The translations under genes were made by a program, and so were the position numbers. A model generated the notes under the pieces. That model did not search any database, was not told the DNA's origin, and saw only the letters and a program-made list of their open reading frames with translations. This document shows, piece by piece, positions 8,847-18,858 of a stretch of DNA of 64,000 nt. Position 1 is the stretch's first letter, and each line of letters opens with the position of its first letter. Source of the DNA: an uncultured Flavobacterium sp. (GTDB lineage Bacteria; Bacteroidota; Bacteroidia; Flavobacteriales; Flavobacteriaceae). The stretch covers positions 56,960 to 120,959 of the forward strand of contig CAZHVE010000001.1 of assembly GCA_964535705.1 (NCBI GenBank), in the 5' to 3' direction.

Positions 8847-11099
8847 ATGAAATATGAAAAAGGAATAAAAATGCTGATTGTGAGTTCTTATCCACCTCGA
8901 GAGTGTGGGTTGGCCACTTTTTCGAATGATATCGTCAACTCCGTAAAAAAAGTTTTTGGGAACACCCTCCCCATTGAAATTTGTGCGCTGCAAAATAGCG
9001 AACAGCAATTTGAATATGGAGAGGACGTAAAATATATTATTACATCTTCTTCAATAGAAGATTACAGACTAATTGCAGAAAAGATAAATGAACGTAACGA
9101 CGTCGGATTGGTATGCATACAACATGAATTTGGACTTCATGGTGGTGAATATGGCGATTATTTCCTCGCTTTTCTATTGGCACTTAACAAACCCATAATT
9201 ACGGTTTTTCACACGGTTTTACCTGATCCCGACGAAAAAAGAAAAAAAGTAGTTCAGGCAATTGTTGATTTGTCTAATAGAATTGTGGTGCTAACCAATA
9301 AATCAAAGGCGATTTTGACCAAACAATATGGTTGTCAGGAATCAAAAATAAATATGATTCCCCATGGAACACATACCGTGCTTTGGGAACAAAAAGAACT
9401 GCTGAAAAACAAATATCATTATTCAGATAAAATCGTGATGTCCACCTTTGGACTGATTAGCGAAAACAAAAACATTGAAACTGTGTTATATGCCTTACCC
9501 GAAATCGTTACCAAAAATCCTGAAGTCATTTACATGGTCATAGGAAAAACACATCCTGAAATCCTCAAAAGAGAAGGTGAAAAATACCGCAACAAACTTA
9601 TCGATATTGTTCAAGATCTCGAGTTAGAGAATAATGTACTATTTATAAATGAATATCTAGAATTGAAACAATTACTAGAATATTTAACCTTATCGGACAT
9701 TTATTTATTTTCTTCCAAAGATCCTAATCAGGCAGTAAGCGGCACCTTTGCCTATGCTTTAAGCTGTGGTTGCGCTGTTATATCAACACCTATACCACAT
9801 GCCTTAGAAGCCTTGGAAGATGGAAACGGAATATTATTGAAGGAGTTTGACAATCCTCTAGAATTTCAAAAAGCCATACTGAAACTTATTGAAAATAAAG
9901 AAAAAAGAGTTGCAATGGGAAAAATTGCTTATTCTCTCTCCCATTCGACAATTTGGGAAAATGTTGCCATCAAATATGGACTGTTATTTGGAGAATTAAC
10001 GAACCGAGAAGAAGATTTAAAATTCAGTTTGCCTCCTATAAAACTGGACCATATTAAGAAACTTACGACGGATTACGGAATGTTGCAATTTTCAAAATTT
10101 AGTGAGCCGGATCCTGAATCCGGTTACACCCTAGATGACAATGCGAGAGCATTAATCAATATTGTGATGTATTATTCTATTTATGAAGATGAAGACGTTT
10201 TAAAATTGGCGGATATCTATTTGAATTTCATAGAAGAAATTCAACGAGAAGATGGTTTTTTTGATAATTATAAAAATTTTGATCGCCAATTAACTTCACA
10301 AAATTTAGATGTCAATCTTGAAGATGCCAATGGCAGAACGATATGGAGTCTGGGTTATGTCATTTCACACAAAGAAATACTTCCTTTGCATTTAGTTCTT
10401 CGAGCTGAAAATTGTTGGAAAAAAGCATACAAAAGAATATACGAGATAACCTCGCCAAGAGCTATCGCCTATACCCTAAAAGGATTATATTACTACTATT
10501 CCCTATATCCAGAAGAAACAGTTCGGGTATATATTGAGCAACTTGCCGATAAGTTATTGGAACTTTATAATATCAATTCTGAGGAATCTTGGTGCTGGTA
10601 TGAGGATTACATGACTTATGTGAACAATGTTCTCCCCGAAGCGATGATGTTTAGCTATTTAGCAATAGGAGAGCCCAAATATTTAAAAATCGCCACAATA
10701 ACATTTGATTTTCTTTTATCACACTATTTCATGAAGGGACAACTCAAGGTAATATCGAATAGAGGTTGGTTCAAAAAGGAAAACGAAAGAGTATTTTACG
10801 GAGAACAACCTATTGAAGTGGCAACTACAATAATCACTTTAGATTTATTTTACCAAATAACTGGAAACGTGAAATATAAAGAACAAATTGAAGTAGCTTT
10901 TAATTGGTTTTTAGGAAATAATCACCTGAAGCAAATTATGTATAACCCCGAAAACGGAGCATCATATGATGGATTGGAAGATACTATCGTTAATATTAAC
11001 CAAGGAGCCGAATCGACATTATGTTTTTTTAAAGCGCGATTAATCATGAATAAATATGCAGAAAAATCCGTTCGAAAAAGAAAGATTTTGGAGATATGA
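8847..11099 (+). CDS. GT4 glycosyltransferase fused to an (alpha/alpha)6-like C-terminal domain
   Basis: YPPRECGLATF, QHEFG, QAVSGTFAYA (GT4); GYTLDDNARAL...NQGAESTL C-terminal domain. Confidence 0.85.
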   Translation: MKYEKGIKMLIVSSYPPRECGLATFSNDIVNSVKKVFGNTLPIEICALQNSEQQFEYGEDVKYIITSSSIEDYRLIAEKINERNDVGLVCIQHEFGLHGGEYGDYFLAFLLALNKPIITVFHTVLPDPDEKRKKVVQAIVDLSNRIVVLTNKSKAILTKQYGCQESKINMIPHGTHTVLWEQKELLKNKYHYSDKIVMSTFGLISENKNIETVLYALPEIVTKNPEVIYMVIGKTHPEILKREGEKYRNKLIDIVQDLELENNVLFINEYLELKQLLEYLTLSDIYLFSSKDPNQAVSGTFAYALSCGCAVISTPIPHALEALEDGNGILLKEFDNPLEFQKAILKLIENKEKRVAMGKIAYSLSHSTIWENVAIKYGLLFGELTNREEDLKFSLPPIKLDHIKKLTTDYGMLQFSKFSEPDPESGYTLDDNARALINIVMYYSIYEDEDVLKLADIYLNFIEEIQREDGFFDNYKNFDRQLTSQNLDVNLEDANGRTIWSLGYVISHKEILPLHLVLRAENCWKKAYKRIYEITSPRAIAYTLKGLYYYYSLYPEETVRVYIEQLADKLLELYNINSEESWCWYEDYMTYVNNVLPEAMMFSYLAIGEPKYLKIATITFDFLLSHYFMKGQLKVISNRGWFKKENERVFYGEQPIEVATTIITLDLFYQITGNVKYKEQIEVAFNWFLGNNHLKQIMYNPENGASYDGLEDTIVNINQGAESTLCFFKARLIMNKYAEKSVRKRKILEI

Positions 11100-11110
11100 A
11101 GGATTCTATT

Positions 11111-12235
11111 TTAAATACTTTTCAGGGCTTCAATCAATAAATTCAAATCTTCTTTAGTATTAAAATGACTAAACGAAATTCGTAAACTTGATTTTTGTAA
11201 ATTATCATCAGAGAGTATCTCCTCCAACACATGAGAAGGCCTGTTACTTCCAGATTGGCAAGCGCTACCACGGGAAACAGCAATACCTTTCATATCTAAA
11301 TGAAACAAAATCATAGCGGTCTTATCTTCCGAAAATGACAATAAAACATTCAAAATAGTGTAAAAACCCTCTTGAGTACCATTGATTTCAAAAGTCGGAA
11401 ATTCAATCTCGAGTTGGCTAATCAAATAATTTTTTAAATCCAAAATATGACTCCTTTCCTTATCCAAATTGGCGCAGGAAAGCACCATAGCCTTTGCCAT
11501 TCCTGCGATTTGATGTACCGCTTCTGTTCCTGGACGCATGCCTTTTTCTTGATCCCCACCATAAAAAAATGGCCGCAATCCATAATTTTTTCGGACAAAA
11601 GCAAAACCAATTCCTTTTGGACCATGAAATTTGTGAGCGCTTGCTACCACAAAATCAATAGGCAGTGTTTGTAAATCAATTTCTGTTTTACCTATGGATT
11701 GCACCATGTCCGAATGAAAAAGTGCATGGTGTTGTTGGCAAATACGTCCTACTTTATCCAAATCCAACACCGTTCCTATTTCGTTATTGACATGCATCAG
11801 GCTTACCAAGGTTTTTGTTTCTTGGGAAAGCAAGTCTACTAAATCCGTAATGTCAATTTCGCCATTAGGCTTAACCGCCACATAATCCACTTGAATCTCG
11901 AATTCTTTTTGCAAAGCTTGTGCCGTGAATAAAACGGCGTGATGTTCTATTTTACTAGTAATAATTCGTTTTACCCCCAAATCTTTGACCGCGGAACGAA
12001 GAATCCAATTATTAGCCTCTGTTCCGCAGGAAGTGAAAATAATTTCTTGGGAAGAAGCATTTAACTGTTTAGCGATTGCTTTTCTAGAAAGTTCTAATAC
12101 ACTTTTGGCGTTTCGCCCAAAACTGTGTGTTGATGAGGGATTACCATAATCTTCCGACAACACTTTTATCATTTCCTGAACGACTTCCGGACGGAGTTGC
12201 GTGGTAGAGGCGTTATCGAGATATACTTTTTTCAT
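11111..12235 (-). CDS. Cysteine desulfurase (IscS/NifS family)
   Basis: YLDNASTT, SAHKFHGPKG (PLP Lys), SRGSAC catalytic Cys; TAACTTTG promoter just upstream of the ATG at 12235. Confidence 0.92.
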   Translation of the reverse strand: MKKVYLDNASTTQLRPEVVQEMIKVLSEDYGNPSSTHSFGRNAKSVLELSRKAIAKQLNASSQEIIFTSCGTEANNWILRSAVKDLGVKRIITSKIEHHAVLFTAQALQKEFEIQVDYVAVKPNGEIDITDLVDLLSQETKTLVSLMHVNNEIGTVLDLDKVGRICQQHHALFHSDMVQSIGKTEIDLQTLPIDFVVASAHKFHGPKGIGFAFVRKNYGLRPFFYGGDQEKGMRPGTEAVHQIAGMAKAMVLSCANLDKERSHILDLKNYLISQLEIEFPTFEINGTQEGFYTILNVLLSFSEDKTAMILFHLDMKGIAVSRGSACQSGSNRPSHVLEEILSDDNLQKSSLRISFSHFNTKEDLNLLIEALKSI

Positions 12236-12320
12236 CGGTGCAAAGTTATGAAATATCAATTGTGATTTCACTACTATAAATTCGCGTTTTTTTTCTATTT
12301 TTGAGCAAATATTTTATACA

Positions 12321-13280
12321 ATGAAAATAATTGTTGGCCTATTGGTTTTAGTATTACTATTAAACGGTTGCGATGACGGGAACTTAGTTCTGGAAACCAT
12401 TAATTTTGAAGAAGCCACCACACAAAGTTGCAGCACCAACAACATTCTCTACAAACTAAAGGAAAAAGAAGCTTTGTTGCTCGAAATCCCCACCAACTCT
12501 TTCACAAATGAACCTTCCGAGATTGGAATTCCTACCGAAATAAACATTAGTGGAAGCAATCGTGTCGTCTACCGTTTTTATAACGGAACCGTGGCTGCCA
12601 ATAACATTTGCGAAACCATACCACCGGCAACGCCTAGCGTTACTGACCAATGGACTGCCACGGGAGGGACTATCCAAATCATCACAACTGTCCTAAAAAC
12701 CACAAATACGACTGACAATAGCACCAAGATTACAGGTTACAACCACAATATTGTTTTCAAGAATATTACTTTTGCAAAAGCAAATGGAACTCAGGTTTAC
12801 GAAACCTTCCCTTTTGGAAATTATATAACAACAGCAACCAATTTACCTTTTGGCTTTGACAAAACGATAGAAAGATGTGCTGCAAACACACCAAATCTGC
12901 TCTATAATTATACGGGTAGCGAGGCTTTAACTTTAGACATTGACCCTGATTTAATAATCAATGCCGTAACACCCCTCAATACTCCAAGAACGGGATTAAT
13001 TGGTTCATCAACTAATACACTAACCTACCGCCTCTATGCTGGACTTATACCAACCAGTTATTTCTGTAACACTTCAATCCCCACTACCCCTGCTATAAAT
13101 CAAGAATGGAATGCTATAGCAGGAGTTTCTGGCATAAGTGGTATAGTCGAGGTTACGACTACCACTAACGGAACGGGTTTTAAGCACACCATTTTACTCA
13201 AAAAAGCCACTTTAAAGAAAGGCAACAGCGATTTCTCTCTTGGTGACAGCTACATCTACGGAGAGTTACTGACGAATTAA
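12321..13280 (+). CDS. Hypothetical lipoprotein with two related domains
   Basis: Lipobox LLNGC; internally repeated YRxY...C...P...W motif. Confidence 0.7.
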   Translation: MKIIVGLLVLVLLLNGCDDGNLVLETINFEEATTQSCSTNNILYKLKEKEALLLEIPTNSFTNEPSEIGIPTEINISGSNRVVYRFYNGTVAANNICETIPPATPSVTDQWTATGGTIQIITTVLKTTNTTDNSTKITGYNHNIVFKNITFAKANGTQVYETFPFGNYITTATNLPFGFDKTIERCAANTPNLLYNYTGSEALTLDIDPDLIINAVTPLNTPRTGLIGSSTNTLTYRLYAGLIPTSYFCNTSIPTTPAINQEWNAIAGVSGISGIVEVTTTTNGTGFKHTILLKKATLKKGNSDFSLGDSYIYGELLTN

Positions 13281-13286
13281 CTAAGC

Positions 13287-13838
13287 TTATTTACTATTCT
13301 GCTTGATAAAAACCTCCGTGGCTCCCAAGCCGTATTTTTGATAATTGGCATCTTGAAATGCAATGTTGTCATAACGCCCCAATAAAAAATCAAGTTCTGA
13401 CTTTAAAACTCCTTCTCCAACACCGTGAATAAAAACAATTTTAGGAATGCGATTTCGTATAGCAAATTCTATGTGTCGTTTTGCCGTTTCGGATTGCAAG
13501 GTAAGAATGTCATAATTTGACATGCTACGATGGTTGGGAACTAATTTTTCGATGTGTAAGTCAAATTCCGGTGCCGAAATCTCATGCTTGTCTTTACGTT
13601 CTTTTACAAAACTTCGGGGTTTTGGAATTTCTTTTTCCTTAGCAATAGCACGAGTATTAATACTTTTAATAGAGTCCAATAAGTTACTGGAATTGTTTAT
13701 TTTAAGCAATTCATTTGCAAAAAATGTCATCATAAAACCATCCTCCGTTTCTATAGTTACTTCCTTATCTTTGATTGAAACAACAACGCCATTTATAGCC
13801 TCATCGAGTACGCTAACTTGGTCTCCTTTACAGAACAT
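13287..13838 (-). CDS. Smr/MutS2-family protein
   Basis: DLHIEKL...IVFIHGVGEGVLK...GATEV Smr domain. Confidence 0.88.
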   Translation of the reverse strand: MFCKGDQVSVLDEAINGVVVSIKDKEVTIETEDGFMMTFFANELLKINNSSNLLDSIKSINTRAIAKEKEIPKPRSFVKERKDKHEISAPEFDLHIEKLVPNHRSMSNYDILTLQSETAKRHIEFAIRNRIPKIVFIHGVGEGVLKSELDFLLGRYDNIAFQDANYQKYGLGATEVFIKQNSK

Positions 13839-14014
13839 CTTCTTCTTTTTTTTCTTGATTTTTACTCGGTGTTTTACTACTCAAACGCATCATCCCGAAC
13901 ATAAAAACCACAATGGCAATAACCATTATGTATACATTTTTTTTGCGCACTTCGTTGCTCGTACAAGGCAACTAGAATTGCCAAAATCAATATCGGAATT
14001 ACAATCTTTTTCAT
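13828..14014 (-). pseudogene. Small two-TM membrane protein with a +1 frameshift in an A8 run
   Basis: With 7 instead of 8 T at 13937-13944 it reads MKKIVIPILILAILVALYEQRSAQKNVYIMVIAIVVFMFGMMRLSSKTPSKNQEKKEEDVL*; its stop overlaps the smr start. Confidence 0.6.
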
Positions 14015-14117
14015 ATCTTTAACCATTGAATCTCCAAAAGTAAGGAACTTTAAAATAGCATCATTTAGTATTGAAAATGTTTTTTTGTTAAATAATAATT
14101 CGAAAAAAGGAACACCA

Positions 14118-14396
14118 TTGAATTTAGAAAACTACATGCTTCCCTGTTGGAGCAAAACCCTATTCGGAGTGGAATGCTTGGGTTGTGGTTTGCAACGCGC
14201 TTTACTCCTCCTGCTCAAAGGAAACTTTGTTGGCGCTTTCGAAATGTATCCTGCAATTTATGTAACGCTGTTGTTTTTTGGTTTAATCGGTTTAAATGTG
14301 GTAGACAAAAGCAGAAATTACCAGAAATCCATCATAGTGATGGCGATTCTTACAGGATTTTTTATGCTCGGGGGATATCTCTATAAAAACTATTAA
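14118..14396 (+). CDS. DUF2752-domain membrane protein
   Basis: LPC...FGVECLGCGLQRA motif; start uncertain (TTG 14118 or ATG 14136). Confidence 0.8.
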   Translation: MNLENYMLPCWSKTLFGVECLGCGLQRALLLLLKGNFVGAFEMYPAIYVTLLFFGLIGLNVVDKSRNYQKSIIVMAILTGFFMLGGYLYKNY

Positions 14397-14474
14397 AATA
14401 GAACCATCAGACCTCTTGTTGTGCTTATTTGATATATTTGCAGTGCTTTTTTTAAAATCAACCAAAAAAAATCC

Positions 14475-15401
14475 ATGAATTTTTTAAAACTCATTCGTTA
14501 TCAAAATTTACTGATGCTAGCTTTAATGCAGCTCCTTTTTAGATACGGATTTTTGAAATTACAAAACATTCCCTTGGCTTTAAGCGATTGGCAATATGGG
14601 TTATTGGTTCTGGCAACCGTATTCATAGCTGCTGGCGGTTATATAATCAATGCTATTTTGGACGTAGCAACTGATACGGATAATAAGCCGGACGCTGTTA
14701 TTATTGGCAAATCCATTTCTGAAACTAAGGGGTATAACTTGTATATTGGCTTCACCATTATTGGAGTAGTCTCCGGGTTTTATTTATCAAACATCATCAA
14801 TAAACCGAGCTTTGCCTCCCTATTCATTATTATTGCGGCTACACTTTATTTTTACTCCTTGAGTTTAAAAAAAAGCTTACTAATTGGAAACCTAATTATT
14901 GCCCTACTTCTTTCGGTTAGTCTTTTAATTGTTGGAGTTTTTGATTTGTACCCTGTTACTTTTGAAGAAAACAGATCCGTCATGGGATTACTTTTTGGCA
15001 TCCTTTTAGATTATGCTATTTTTGCTTTTCTCCTGAATTTTATTCGAGAAATTGTCAAGGATTTGGAAGACGTAAAAGGGGATTCCAACCAAGGGATGCA
15101 TACCCTGCCGATTGTTTTTGGGGTGAAACGAACCACAATATTGGTTTTTGTATTGAGTATAATTCCCATTCTTTGTGTCTTATATTATCTCAACTACTAC
15201 CTATTCCAGTCGGGATTAATCCTTAGTACCATTTATGGGGTTGTCTTTATACTAGCGCAGCTTATTTATTTTACTCTTAAAATTTGGTCTGCAAGACAAA
15301 CAAAAGATTTTCACCACCTGAGTACCGTTCTAAAATGGGTGCTTCTTTTCGGAATACTTTCGATTGTGGTTATCAGCCTAAACATAAAAAACAATGCTTA
15401 A
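14475..15401 (+). CDS. UbiA-family prenyltransferase (DGGGP synthase-like)
   Basis: Multi-TM; NAILDVATDTDNKP and REIVKDLEDVKGD Asp-rich motifs. Confidence 0.88.
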   Translation: MNFLKLIRYQNLLMLALMQLLFRYGFLKLQNIPLALSDWQYGLLVLATVFIAAGGYIINAILDVATDTDNKPDAVIIGKSISETKGYNLYIGFTIIGVVSGFYLSNIINKPSFASLFIIIAATLYFYSLSLKKSLLIGNLIIALLLSVSLLIVGVFDLYPVTFEENRSVMGLLFGILLDYAIFAFLLNFIREIVKDLEDVKGDSNQGMHTLPIVFGVKRTTILVFVLSIIPILCVLYYLNYYLFQSGLILSTIYGVVFILAQLIYFTLKIWSARQTKDFHHLSTVLKWVLLFGILSIVVISLNIKNNA

Positions 15402-15978
15402 AAATAAATTACAAAACTATCACCTGGTTCTAGCTTCGGGTTCGCCAAGACGCCAGCAATTTTTCAAAGATTTAGACTTGGATTTTGAAATCAGACTGAA
15501 AGAAATAGAAGAGGTTTATCCCCAAGAATTAAAAGCAGAGGAAATCACCAACTATTTGGCCGAATTGAAAGCAAATGCTTTTGAAGGCGAATTGCAAGCC
15601 AATGAAATCCTCATCACGAGCGACACCATCGTTTGGCACAACAACAAAGCTTTAGGCAAACCAAAAGACGAACAAGACGCTTTTACTATTCTAAAATCAT
15701 TATCGAACGCGACTCATGAAGTAATTACTTCCGTTTGCTTTAAAACCAATAGCGAAACCAAGCTGCTTCACGAAATAACCAAAGTAACTTTCAATGAATT
15801 AAGCGAGGATGCAATTCGCTTTTATATTGAGAACTTCAAGCCGTTTGACAAAGCTGGCGCTTACGGCATTCAGGAATGGATTGGTTTTGTGGGTGTTTCA
15901 AAAATAGAAGGTTCTTATGCCAATGTTATGGGAATGCCTACGGATAAAGTTTATGAGTATTTGAATAATTTAGCCTAA
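15394..15978 (+). CDS. maf: Maf nucleotide pyrophosphatase
   Basis: LASGSPRR, DKAGAYGIQ motifs. Confidence 0.93.
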   Translation: MLKNKLQNYHLVLASGSPRRQQFFKDLDLDFEIRLKEIEEVYPQELKAEEITNYLAELKANAFEGELQANEILITSDTIVWHNNKALGKPKDEQDAFTILKSLSNATHEVITSVCFKTNSETKLLHEITKVTFNELSEDAIRFYIENFKPFDKAGAYGIQEWIGFVGVSKIEGSYANVMGMPTDKVYEYLNNLA

Positions 15979-16204
15979 ACTGAAAGTTATGGAATTTATA
16001 ATGATTTCGTTGCGGAAGTAAGTTTACCAAAAAATTACTGTTGCAAAGGATAATTTCAATCATCGAATATCCCTCGAAAGTACTAATTTTCACGTTTTGA
16101 TTGGTTCAAAATAGTCCTGTTTTTGCCAAAGAAAATGAAAAATAGTATTTAGAAATTCATTTAATTACTACATTTGGTCTTATTGCAAATTAAATTCTCA
16201 AAAA

Positions 16205-18736
16205 ATGCAAAAAGCTTTTTTACTTACCCTAGTTATCTTACTTTTTACCTTCCAAATAATAAACGCACAAAAACCCCAGAAACTAAATTCTGTTGAAATT
16301 TACAATCAGATTAATAAATTAAATTTCCTGGGTTCGGTACTATATATTGCCGCACATCCCGATGACGAAAACACCCGTTTGATTTCCTATTTATCGAATG
16401 AAACTAAGGCAAGAACCGCTTATTTATCACTGACACGAGGCGATGGAGGTCAAAATTTGATTGGGTCGCAACTAAGGGAATTATTGGGCGTCATTCGAAC
16501 GCAAGAACTCATTGAAGCTCGAAAAATTGATGGTGGAGAACAGTTTTTTTCGCGTGCCAATGATTTTGGTTTTTCCAAAAATCCAGAAGAAACCCTGCAA
16601 ATTTGGGATAAAGAAAAAGTCCTCGCCGATATTGTTTGGGCAATCCGAAAATTTCAACCCGATATTATCATCAATCGGTTTGACCATCGAACGTCCGGAA
16701 CTACCCATGGCCACCATTCGGCATCGGCAATGTTGAGTGTCGAGAGTTTTGATTTAACCAATAACCCAAATGTATTTCCTGAACAGTTAAAATTAGTGGA
16801 ACCTTGGCAAGTCAAACGTCAATTTTTCAATCCTTCATGGTATTTTTATGGAAGCAAAGAAAAATTTGCGGCTGCTGATAAATCAAACTTCATTTCCTTA
16901 CAAACCGGTGTCTATTATCCTTCCATTGGAAAATCAAACCAAGAAATTGCAGCCTTAAGTCGGAGTTGCCATCAATCGCAAGGTTTCGGAAGTACCGGAA
17001 GCCGTGGTGAAGATACCGAGTACTTAGAACTTATAAATGGAGTCGCTCCAACGGATAAAACCACCATTTTTGAGGGAATTGATACCACATGGAATCGGGT
17101 TAAGGGCGGAAAACCTATTGGCGAATTATTGACTAAAATTACCACCCAATTCGACTTTACAAATGCTGCTGCTAGCATTCCAGATTTGGCAAAAGCCTAT
17201 TTGATGATTCAATCATTGGAAGAAAACCATTGGAAACCAATAAAATCAGAAGAAGTAAAAAAAGTAATTGCTGCCTGTTCTGGATTATTCCTTGAAGCAG
17301 TAGCGCAAAATCAAGAAGCTACACCAGCGAGCCTTTTAAAATTAAAGCTCGAAGCCATTAATAGAAGTTCGGTTCCCATGCAACTGTTAAGCGTTACTAC
17401 TTTGCCGAACCAAAAAACAACCATTGAAAATGTGGTACTAAAAAACAATAGTGCACAAACCATACCTCTTGATTTGCAATTACCATCAACGATTGAATAC
17501 ACCCAACCCTATTGGCTAAAAGAAAAAGGGAATATGGGCATGTACACCGTTGCTGACCAAAAAAACATTGGGGTTCCGGATGTCATTCGGGAAGTAAAAG
17601 TGGTTTTTAATATTCAAATTAATAGCGTTGAAATACCGTTTGAACAAACCGTAATTTACAAATACAATGACGATGTGAAAGGCGAAGTCTATAATTATTT
17701 GGATATTGTTCCCGATGTGACTACAAGCATTCTTGACAAAGTGTCTCTTTTTAAGAATAGCACAACTACCCCAATAGCCGTAAAAATCAAAGCAGGAAAA
17801 GACAACCTAAAAGGGGATCTGCAACTGGAATTGCCTCAAAATTGGTTGGTTTCACCAAAATCCATTCCTTTTCATTTAGATAAAAAAGGAACGGAGGAAG
17901 TTGTTTATTTTGAGGTGACGCCACCAAGTAAAGCTGAGGAGGTTATTGCGAAAAGTGTCGCCTTTATAGATGGAAAAAGATACGACAAAGACCAAATTAT
18001 CATTGATTACAACCACATCACAAAACAACAGGTTTTAAAACCCGCCGAAGCCAAGTTCGTTCGATTGGATTTAAAAACAAATGGAGAAAAAATCGGCTAT
18101 ATTATGGGAGCCGGTGATGAAGTTCCTAATAGTTTAAAACAAATGGGGTATAAAGTAACGTTACTTAAACCCGAAGAAATCACTCCCGAAAAACTGGCGA
18201 ATTTTGATGTTATAATGACTGGAATCCGAGCCTATAATACCGTGCAAGAATTGGCAAAAAAACAAAACATCTTATTTGATTTTGTAAAAGGCGGCAAGAC
18301 AATGCTCGTACAATACAATACATCAAATGATTTAATAACCGATAATTTAGCACCATTTCCCTTGAAAATTTCACGCGACAGAGTCACGGAGGAAAATGCT
18401 GAAGTCCGATTTTTAGCTCCCAATCATCCCGTTTTAAATTATCCTAATACAATTACTTCGAAAGATTTTGAAGGATGGAAACAGGAGCAAGGATTGTATT
18501 ATCCGGTCGAATTTGACAAAGCCTTTACTCCTATTTTATCGTCAAACGACAAAGGGGAAACGCCTAAAAATGGATCGTTGCTGATTGCTCCTTATGGAAA
18601 GGGGTATTATGTTTATACTGGACTAAGTTTTTTTAGGGAATTGCCGGAAGGCGTTTCAGGTGCCTATAAATTATTGGCCAATATGATTTCTTTAAATAAT
18701 CCAGTAACTATTACCGCTGAAAAAACAAAACTTTAA
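16205..18736 (+). CDS. PIG-L/LmbE-family deacetylase (secreted, multidomain)
   Basis: Signal peptide; AAHPDDE, TRGDGGQN, HGHH motifs. Confidence 0.88.
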   Translation: MQKAFLLTLVILLFTFQIINAQKPQKLNSVEIYNQINKLNFLGSVLYIAAHPDDENTRLISYLSNETKARTAYLSLTRGDGGQNLIGSQLRELLGVIRTQELIEARKIDGGEQFFSRANDFGFSKNPEETLQIWDKEKVLADIVWAIRKFQPDIIINRFDHRTSGTTHGHHSASAMLSVESFDLTNNPNVFPEQLKLVEPWQVKRQFFNPSWYFYGSKEKFAAADKSNFISLQTGVYYPSIGKSNQEIAALSRSCHQSQGFGSTGSRGEDTEYLELINGVAPTDKTTIFEGIDTTWNRVKGGKPIGELLTKITTQFDFTNAAASIPDLAKAYLMIQSLEENHWKPIKSEEVKKVIAACSGLFLEAVAQNQEATPASLLKLKLEAINRSSVPMQLLSVTTLPNQKTTIENVVLKNNSAQTIPLDLQLPSTIEYTQPYWLKEKGNMGMYTVADQKNIGVPDVIREVKVVFNIQINSVEIPFEQTVIYKYNDDVKGEVYNYLDIVPDVTTSILDKVSLFKNSTTTPIAVKIKAGKDNLKGDLQLELPQNWLVSPKSIPFHLDKKGTEEVVYFEVTPPSKAEEVIAKSVAFIDGKRYDKDQIIIDYNHITKQQVLKPAEAKFVRLDLKTNGEKIGYIMGAGDEVPNSLKQMGYKVTLLKPEEITPEKLANFDVIMTGIRAYNTVQELAKKQNILFDFVKGGKTMLVQYNTSNDLITDNLAPFPLKISRDRVTEENAEVRFLAPNHPVLNYPNTITSKDFEGWKQEQGLYYPVEFDKAFTPILSSNDKGETPKNGSLLIAPYGKGYYVYTGLSFFRELPEGVSGAYKLLANMISLNNPVTITAEKTKL

Positions 18737-18747
18737 AAAGTCAAATT

Positions 18748-18855
18748 ATGGAAACCAAAAAAGTTAAAACTTGGAAAAAAAGCTACACTTGTGTACTCGT
18801 GGCAAATGCAATCTATATTTTGATATTTTATTTTTTAATGAAATTATATTCCTAA
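18748..18855 (+). CDS. Small single-TM protein (35 aa) preceding the SSS transporter
   Basis: METKKVKTWKKSYTCVLVANAIYILIFYFLMKLYS* fills the gap between the lmbE-like gene and the symporter (11 and 3 bp spacers). Confidence 0.6.
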   Translation: METKKVKTWKKSYTCVLVANAIYILIFYFLMKLYS

Positions 18856-18858
18856 ACT

